From Syntrophales bacterium (lineage in GTDB: Bacteria > Desulfobacterota > Syntrophia > Syntrophales > UBA6807): a DNA stretch of 64,000 nt. Under the pieces are notes generated by a model. The model was given only the letters and a program-made list of their open reading frames with translations, did not search any database and was not told the DNA's origin. Of the stretch, positions 57,732 through 64,000 are shown piece after piece (the first letter of the stretch is position 1; each line of letters starts with the position of its first letter). Location of the stretch: contig JAXGPA010000001.1 in NCBI GenBank assembly GCA_040767195.1, positions 832,001 to 896,000 on the forward strand. The letters are read 5' to 3'. Made by a program: the position numbers and the translations under genes.

Positions 57732-58166
57732 CTATTTGCCGCCTGAACCACTAGGCAGGACATCGATGACCGTGATCATTGTTGCCCCCGTGAATAGCAT
57801 GCCCTCTGTCGTTTCGCCGGTGAGCCTGAGCTCGTTCTCACCGGGGCATTCCAAATCTCCCGTGTCGACGAGGGCCTTCACCTCGCTCATGACGAACTTC
57901 GCCACGAAATTCCCCTGGTTGTCCGCTTTCCACCAGCTTATGGGGACGTCGTTCAACGTCACGGTCCCGCCGACAACTTGCCCGTACGCGATGCTCGTGT
58001 GCACGGTTACCACCTGACCCGAGCTCTGGATGTTCAGGGTGGCCGGGGACACTTGAATTGAAATATCCAACGAAGCGAACGAGGGTGTCGGGCCCTGAAG
58101 AAAGGCGATTGACAAAACGAGATACAAAGAAAAGCCAGGAAAAAATGACCGCTTGCGTTTTAGCAT
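57732..58166 (-). CDS. Small exported beta-rich hypothetical protein
   Basis: Signal peptide, SPATLNIQSSGQVVTV...FVAKF...LTGETTEG; AAGGAGG RBS. Confidence 0.7.
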   Translation of the reverse strand: MLKRKRSFFPGFSLYLVLSIAFLQGPTPSFASLDISIQVSPATLNIQSSGQVVTVHTSIAYGQVVGGTVTLNDVPISWWKADNQGNFVAKFVMSEVKALVDTGDLECPGENELRLTGETTEGMLFTGATMITVIDVLPSGSGGK

Positions 58167-58417
58167 AAGAGCCTCCTTGTGATTATTTCAATCAGCGATA
58201 TCCGGTGTGCGTGAAAAATCTGCTTACAGACTCCTCTTCCGGCGTAGGTGACCTGCTTCTCGGGGAAAGACCTTTTTCTCACCTTTTCTAGGCCTTTTTC
58301 ATACGTCCTTTCCATCTTTTTGAAATCAAAACGATCCAACAGCCCGTTGGTTACAACTCTCAGCGATGCGTCAAATGATCGGTCACGAATGCGTCTTTCA
58401 CTGCATGGGCATTCCGT

Positions 58418-60493
58418 TCAATTTTTCTCCCCGAATCGGAGCATCCGGGCGTTGACGGCCACGATCACCGTGCTGAGGGACATGAGGATCGCCCCGACGG
58501 CCGGCGATATGACGAGACCGGCCTTGTAAAACACCCCGGCGGCCAGGGGGATGGCGATAACGTTGTATCCCGTGGCCCACCAGAGATTCTGGACCATCTT
58601 CCGGTAGGTCGCCCGGCCGAAAAGAACGAGGGAAGCCACATCGCCGGGATTGCTGTTCACCAGGACGATGTCCGCCGTCTCCGCCGCCACGTCGGTCCCC
58701 GAACCGACGGCGATTCCCACATCCGCCTGGGCCAGCGCCGGGGCATCGTTGACCCCGTCGCCGGTCATGGCGACGAATTCCCCCTGGGACTGGAGCGCCT
58801 TGATTTTCTCCTGCTTTTCGTGGGGGAGGACTTCGGCGAAAGTCCCGTCGAGACCCAGTTCACGGGAAATGGCCTCTGCCACCGTCCTGTTGTCTCCGGT
58901 AAGCATGAGGCAGCGGATCCCGGAAGTTTGAAGCCGTTTTACGGCGTCCCGGGACTCCTTCCGAACCCGGTCCGCCAGTCGGATCTCTCCGACGGGATCG
59001 CCTTCCCTGAGCACGTAGACCACCGTGGACGCCCCGTCCTCCCCTTCCTGCCCCGGCGTGGCGATTCCTTTTTCCCGGAGATATCCCGGGCTCACGACGC
59101 CGATTCGTTTTCCTCCTATTGCTCCCATTATGCCCTTTCCCTTGAGGGCCTCGAAATCGTTTACACTCTCCCGGTTCGCGCCTTTTTCTTCCGCCTCCCG
59201 GAGAATGCCCGAGGCGATGGGATGCTCCGAATTTCGTTCCAGTGAGGCGGCAAGGGTCAAAATCTCTCTCTCGTCAACGGTTTCGTCGAGGGACCGGACC
59301 CCGGTGACCCCGAAAGTCCCCTCCGTCAGGGTGCCCGTCTTGTCGAAGACCACCGCCGTGATCTTCCGGGCGTTTTCGAAGGCCGTCCTGTTGCGGATGA
59401 GAAGGCCGTTGGCGGCGCAAAGGGCCGTCGACACCGCGACGACCAGGGGGATGGCGAGCCCCAGGGCGTGGGGACAGGTAATGACCATGACCGTCACCAT
59501 CCGCTCCATAGCGTAAGCGAAATCGCGTCCGATGAAGAGCCACGCCGCCAGTGTCGCCGTACCGGCGCCGATGGCCACGAGGGTGAGCCACAGGGCGGCC
59601 CGGTCGGCGAGATGCTGGGTCTTCGATTTCGAGTCCTGGGCCTGCCGGACCAGTGAAACGATCTTTGAAAGGTAGGAATCCTCTCCCGTCTTTTCGATCC
59701 GGGCCTCCAGGGATCCTTCCCCGTTCAGGGCCCCCCCGATGAGGGCGTCTCCCTCCTTCTTTCGAACGGGCTTCGATTCTCCCGTGATCAGCGCTTCGTT
59801 GACGTAGCTTTGACCACGGACGACAACGCTGTCGGCGGGGACCTTTTCTCCCGGCCGGACCAGAACCATATCGCCGGGGGACAGCTCGGCCAGGGAAACC
59901 TCCACAACGTCCCCGTTCCGAAGCACGTGGGCCTCGCTGGGCATGAGCCTGGCCAGTTCCTGAAGGGCCCGGGAAGCCCCGAGGACGGAACGCATCTCGA
60001 TCCAGTGTCCGAGAAGCATGATGTCCACGAGGGTCACCAGCTCCCAGAAAAAGATTTTCCCCGGAAGGCCGAAGACCACAGCGGCGCTGTAGAAATAGGC
60101 CACCGAAATGGCCAGGGCGATGAGGGTCATCATCCCCGGGGCGCCCTTTTTCACCTCGCCGGCAAATCCGTTGAGAAAAGGCCATCCCCCGTAGAGAAAG
60201 ACAAAGCTGGACAACAGAAGGAGCACGGCGGTGCTCCCGGGAAAGGTCATGGAAATGCCCAGAAAATTGCCTATCATGGGAGAGAGGACCAGGACAAAGG
60301 GCGTGAGAGCCAGGGAGATGAAGAACCGCCTGCGGAAATCCTCGATCATGCCCCGGTGGTGGGCTTCGTGGTCGTGATGTCCCTTGGAAGCCCGGCCTTT
60401 TCCGGCGGCTTCGCCGCCGTGGGCGGCGTGATCATGTCCACCCGGGGCCTCCTCAGAAGATCCATGGTGATGGGAGCGTGTCTTTTCCTTCAT
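58418..60493 (-). CDS. copB: Copper-translocating P1B-3 ATPase (CopB type)
   Basis: His-rich N-terminus, TGES, ITCPHALG (CPH), DKTGTLT, SEHP, GDGVNDAP, YN and MSLS. Confidence 0.93.
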   Translation of the reverse strand: MKEKTRSHHHGSSEEAPGGHDHAAHGGEAAGKGRASKGHHDHEAHHRGMIEDFRRRFFISLALTPFVLVLSPMIGNFLGISMTFPGSTAVLLLLSSFVFLYGGWPFLNGFAGEVKKGAPGMMTLIALAISVAYFYSAAVVFGLPGKIFFWELVTLVDIMLLGHWIEMRSVLGASRALQELARLMPSEAHVLRNGDVVEVSLAELSPGDMVLVRPGEKVPADSVVVRGQSYVNEALITGESKPVRKKEGDALIGGALNGEGSLEARIEKTGEDSYLSKIVSLVRQAQDSKSKTQHLADRAALWLTLVAIGAGTATLAAWLFIGRDFAYAMERMVTVMVITCPHALGLAIPLVVAVSTALCAANGLLIRNRTAFENARKITAVVFDKTGTLTEGTFGVTGVRSLDETVDEREILTLAASLERNSEHPIASGILREAEEKGANRESVNDFEALKGKGIMGAIGGKRIGVVSPGYLREKGIATPGQEGEDGASTVVYVLREGDPVGEIRLADRVRKESRDAVKRLQTSGIRCLMLTGDNRTVAEAISRELGLDGTFAEVLPHEKQEKIKALQSQGEFVAMTGDGVNDAPALAQADVGIAVGSGTDVAAETADIVLVNSNPGDVASLVLFGRATYRKMVQNLWWATGYNVIAIPLAAGVFYKAGLVISPAVGAILMSLSTVIVAVNARMLRFGEKN

Positions 60494-60955
60494 GGTCTTG
60501 TACCTCAAAGATTCCTTAAAGACCGGACCTTTTTTTCCATATCCTGAAATACAGCGTATTCAGGGGCCAGCGCTGCGGGCCGTAAAAAGCGATGATCCGT
60601 CGGAACAATCGGATGACCGGGACAGGCAGGTGTTTCCGGTATGGGGATTCCCCCGGGGGCGCAATATTCGTGCATGACCCTCCGTATGAGGTCCCCACTT
60701 TCGTGAGTCAAAGAAAATTACCGAACCGCTCTTTCTGTTTTTCTTTCATGCGAAAATAGCACGGACAGGTCAAAAAAGCGATCCCTGGGGCCGCCGGAAA
60801 ACCCTCTTGCTTCTTTGTCTTTTCCCGCAGGGGTCAAGACAGAAATCCATGCCGCTTCCCGAACAAATGGGAACCCGAATCGTCACATCAAGGGGGTCTC
60901 TCCCGGCGGAGAGGAAACCTTTCTGTTTCAAAACGAAGAAACGGCTCTCTGGACA

Positions 60956-62365
60956 TCAGCGAACGGGGACGCTCCATCGGGCGTTCACGACGCGGCCCGT
61001 GTAAAAAAGGGCGACGAGGGCGGCGGCCCAGGTGATTCCAAAAATGCCCCACCATATGCCCAAAAGGCCGACACCCAAATACTGCATCAGGGAGAAAACC
61101 GCCACAGGAACGATGACCTGACGGGCCAGGCCGATGTAAACGGCGAAAAAAGGCCTTTTCATGCCCTGGAGGGCGGAAACGGATGTATACAGAATGATAT
61201 AGGCCCAGGAAATGAAGGCGGCAATCCTGAGATAGGTGACCCCTGAACGAATGACCGCGCCGTCACCGGTGAAAAGCCTCATCATGGGATCGGCGGCGAT
61301 AAAAACCAACAAGGCCCCCACAGCCATGACCAAAAGGCCATATTTGAGAGACGTTGCCAGGGTTTCTCGAACCCGGTCCATCAAGCGTGCCCCGTTGTTC
61401 TGCCCGACAAGCGCCAGGGTCGCCATATTAAGCCCGATCACCGGCAGAAGGGCGATCTGCTCGATACGAAGCGCCGTTCCGTAAGCCGCCACGGCTTCCT
61501 TCCCGAAAGCGCTCACGTAGTATGTGATCACAAAAGCCCCGATGGCCACGGTCATCATGTTCAGGCTTGCCGGGAAACCCTGGCGGAAAATATCGGCAAA
61601 ATAACCGAACTGTGGTGACAGCATGGCCAGGCACTGCCGACAGAGGAGACCCGACCGGATTGCCCGGTAAAAGAGATACACACATCCCCCCATCTGGATG
61701 ACCACCGTCGCCCACGCCACCCCGGCGATCCCTAAAGCGGGAAAACCGAACCCCCCGAACATGAACCACGGATCGAGAAGGATATTCAGAAAAAAACCGG
61801 CCACGAGAAAGTTTCTGAAGCTTGCCGTGTCCCCCTGGGCGTTCAGCGAGGAATTGACGACATAAGCGATCATGAAAAAAACGGACCCGTAAATGATGAC
61901 GTCCATGTATCGGAGGGCCGTGGCAAGGTAAGACCCTTCCGCCCCGAGAGCCCGAAACAGAAAAGGAGAGGCGATCAATCCTGTCAAGGTGAGAAAAAAC
62001 CCTGTCAAGAGGGCGAATGTAAGAGACTGGGCCGTGTATGCCATGGCCTTCACCCGGTCCCCCTCACCCAAGGCGTTGGCTATGAGGGCCGTGGATCCCG
62101 TGCCGAGACCGGTTCCCATGGCAATGAGAATGAAAAATACGGGAAAGGAGATGGAGAGAGCCGCCAGGGCCTCCGTGGACAGGATTCCGGCAAAATAGGT
62201 GTCCACGGCGTTATACATGGTGTTGAAAAAATAACCGATACTTGCCGGTACGGCAATCCTGCGGATATGCCGGGCGAGGGACCCCCGGGTCAGATCCTCA
62301 CCGGTCGTTCCCGCTTCAAGGGGAGCGGGCAGGCGTGGACGCACAGGCGTCGGTCCCGGCACCAT
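60956..62365 (-). CDS. MATE-family efflux transporter
   Basis: YNAVDTYFAG, NILLDPWF.FG, GVAWAT, AVAAYG, VGQNNGA; start uncertain. Confidence 0.9.
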   Translation of the reverse strand: MVPGPTPVRPRLPAPLEAGTTGEDLTRGSLARHIRRIAVPASIGYFFNTMYNAVDTYFAGILSTEALAALSISFPVFFILIAMGTGLGTGSTALIANALGEGDRVKAMAYTAQSLTFALLTGFFLTLTGLIASPFLFRALGAEGSYLATALRYMDVIIYGSVFFMIAYVVNSSLNAQGDTASFRNFLVAGFFLNILLDPWFMFGGFGFPALGIAGVAWATVVIQMGGCVYLFYRAIRSGLLCRQCLAMLSPQFGYFADIFRQGFPASLNMMTVAIGAFVITYYVSAFGKEAVAAYGTALRIEQIALLPVIGLNMATLALVGQNNGARLMDRVRETLATSLKYGLLVMAVGALLVFIAADPMMRLFTGDGAVIRSGVTYLRIAAFISWAYIILYTSVSALQGMKRPFFAVYIGLARQVIVPVAVFSLMQYLGVGLLGIWWGIFGITWAAALVALFYTGRVVNARWSVPVR

Positions 62366-62480
62366 GGTTCACCCGCTCCCCGTGACACGTGACAGATATC
62401 GGTCATACATGAAACACACCCCGAATAACGGCTGTATACGGTCCGGCAAGAAACGGACCCTTCCCCGGTCATCCCCCGGC

Positions 62481-63224
62481 TCATGAGGCCTTGACGGCCG
62501 TGTAAAGACAGGTAATGCCGAACGTGAGGGCATGGCACCGGACATGGGAAAACCCGGCCTCCTCAAGAATGCGAATGAACCCCTTCGGGGCGGGAAAATG
62601 CATAATGGAATCGGCCAGGTAATGATAGGCTTCAGGGTTGCGAGAGAACGAGCGGGCTATCCGGGGAAGAACCCGGCCAAGATAAAACTCGTAGAAATCA
62701 CGGAAAATCTTCATGTCGGGAAAGTGCATTTCGAGGATCACGATCCGCCCCCCGGGAACAAGGATCCTTAATGCTTCCCGGAGCGCCCCGGGCCTGTCGG
62801 GCATGTTCCGGATCCCGAAGGCGATGCCTGCCGTGTCGAAAGACGCGTCGGGAAAGGGCAAGGCCATGGCGTCGGCCCGAACGAGGGCCATCCTCGACCC
62901 CGGGGTCTTTTCGCGGATTTTTTCCGCCGCCACCGTGACCATCTCTCCGACAAAGTCGACGGCCGTCACGAAAACCTCTCCGTGGCGTCGGGCCACCGCC
63001 AGGGCCAGATCCCCCGTTCCCGTGGCGATGTCGAGATAGCGGCCGGTTTTTCCAAACCAGCCCTTTTCGGCGGCCGCCCGTCGCCAGGCCACATCCCGCC
63101 TGAAGCTGAAGAGGCGGTTCAGAAAGTCATAGGTTCCCGTTATGGTGGCGAAAATGTCCCTGACCATGGCCCGGTGGGCGGCCGCGTCCAGGGACGACAC
63201 AGGCTTGTATTTCCGATGGGACAT
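62481..63224 (-). CDS. UbiE/MenG-family quinone C-methyltransferase
   Basis: YDFLNRLFSF..D..WR, LDIATGTGD, DAMALPFPD, AFGIRN, AYHYLADSI. Confidence 0.9.
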   Translation of the reverse strand: MSHRKYKPVSSLDAAAHRAMVRDIFATITGTYDFLNRLFSFRRDVAWRRAAAEKGWFGKTGRYLDIATGTGDLALAVARRHGEVFVTAVDFVGEMVTVAAEKIREKTPGSRMALVRADAMALPFPDASFDTAGIAFGIRNMPDRPGALREALRILVPGGRIVILEMHFPDMKIFRDFYEFYLGRVLPRIARSFSRNPEAYHYLADSIMHFPAPKGFIRILEEAGFSHVRCHALTFGITCLYTAVKAS

Positions 63225-63360
63225 CAGACAAGGTTCTTGACGTTCTGGTTCATCGTCCACGTGAAGCGCCGCCATCGGTACCAGGAAGGACGAAAAGCGG
63301 GCCTATCGGATCACCCGGCCGCGGCGACGGCCTAAAAAGGGCTTTCATCGACGGAACATG

Positions 63361-64000
63361 TCACTGAGAGGCGGCGAGTTTATCGTCCCAGACACGGATG
63401 AGATAGCCTTTCTGCTCCTCGAAAAGAAGGGCCTGTTCTTCCACCAGTTCCTCCGCTTCTTCGGAGCTCATGTCCCAGCTCTGCCGGACGAAGGAGGCCA
63501 CCCGGGCATAGTAGAGGGGGGTGACGAGATCGATGAGCTTGTAACGGTTCACCTTCCAGGCGTGAAAAGTCGCCGCCAGTTCGTAAAGGGCCTGGATCCA
63601 CGTTCTCGTGGGAAGCCGGAAGACGGAAGGTTCCATGGTGGAGGCCTCCCGGATGGCCTCGAAACACTCGGGGCAGAACAGGTCCTTCCACAGGGAGGAG
63701 AACTGCTGGAACCCGACTTTGAAATGATCCACCAGGCCTTCGAGATTGACGGCCACCGGTTCCGGTTCGATGTGGTTTTCAAACCCGAAGGTCTCCACCG
63801 GCTCGCTTCCCTCGACTTTTTTCCAGTGACTCTCGTAGCTTTCCATGAGTGAAAAGATCGTCCAGACCACCTGGCGGAACATGGGTCCCAGGTGTTGCCC
63901 GGGATCCTTGGCATCGTGGATTTTCACCCCGAGATTGGACTGGCAGATCTTGAAGCCCTGGTTGATGGCGTTGGTGGTCATCCAGATGTCGATGCCGTAT
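63361..64000 (-). CDS. Glucosylglycerate/mannosylglycerate synthase-like glycosyltransferase, C-terminal part (5' end outside the window)
   Basis: YGIDIWMTTNAINQGFKICQSNLGVKIHDAKDPGQHLGPMFRQVV...PLYYARVASF resembles the Ggs family from memory. Confidence 0.7.
   Translation of the reverse strand, partial: YGIDIWMTTNAINQGFKICQSNLGVKIHDAKDPGQHLGPMFRQVVWTIFSLMESYESHWKKVEGSEPVETFGFENHIEPEPVAVNLEGLVDHFKVGFQQFSSLWKDLFCPECFEAIREASTMEPSVFRLPTRTWIQALYELAATFHAWKVNRYKLIDLVTPLYYARVASFVRQSWDMSSEEAEELVEEQALLFEEQKGYLIRVWDDKLAASQ

Noticed and set aside
60505..60711. 68-aa ORF upstream of copB as a copper chaperone or regulator
   Set aside because: No CxxC or CsoR-like motif, TTG start and no clear RBS

Overview
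High-GC bacterial chromosomal window. The gene content points to an anaerobic Desulfobacterota/Syntrophales-like organism (inference): a siroheme-dependent Ahb heme pathway, an ADP-forming acyl-CoA synthetase and a selenoprotein. In order, the window holds a partial RND adaptor; an acyl-CoA/thioesterase cluster (degenerate Nudix, two PqsE-like MBL hydrolases, two hotdog thioesterases, ADP-forming CoA ligase, VOC protein); and a BCP peroxiredoxin with an in-frame UGA at its catalytic position followed by a SECIS-like hairpin. Next come a HerA-like ATPase and an uncharacterised four-gene operon (RsbW-like pseudokinase/GNAT-like fusion, HisC-like PLP enzyme, MFS transporter, paralogous GNAT-like protein). 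These are followed by a GDP-mannose/MpgP/GT2/radical-SAM run, a yedF selenium module, an LVIVD-repeat exported protein, and a malic enzyme-tartrate dehydrogenase-enolase-TctCAB operon. The housekeeping block has rluA-family, corA, mscS, polA, the hem/ahb operon (hemC apparently starting at ATA), prmA, rsmE and tRNA-Phe. The window ends in an accessory-looking tail: EamA, pRiA4b-ORF3/DUF1841-like fusion, CopB, MATE, MenG/UbiE and a partial glucosylglycerate-synthase-like gene. I saw no CRISPR array, rRNA, integrase or transposase. All family calls come from motif recognition by eye; no searches were run.
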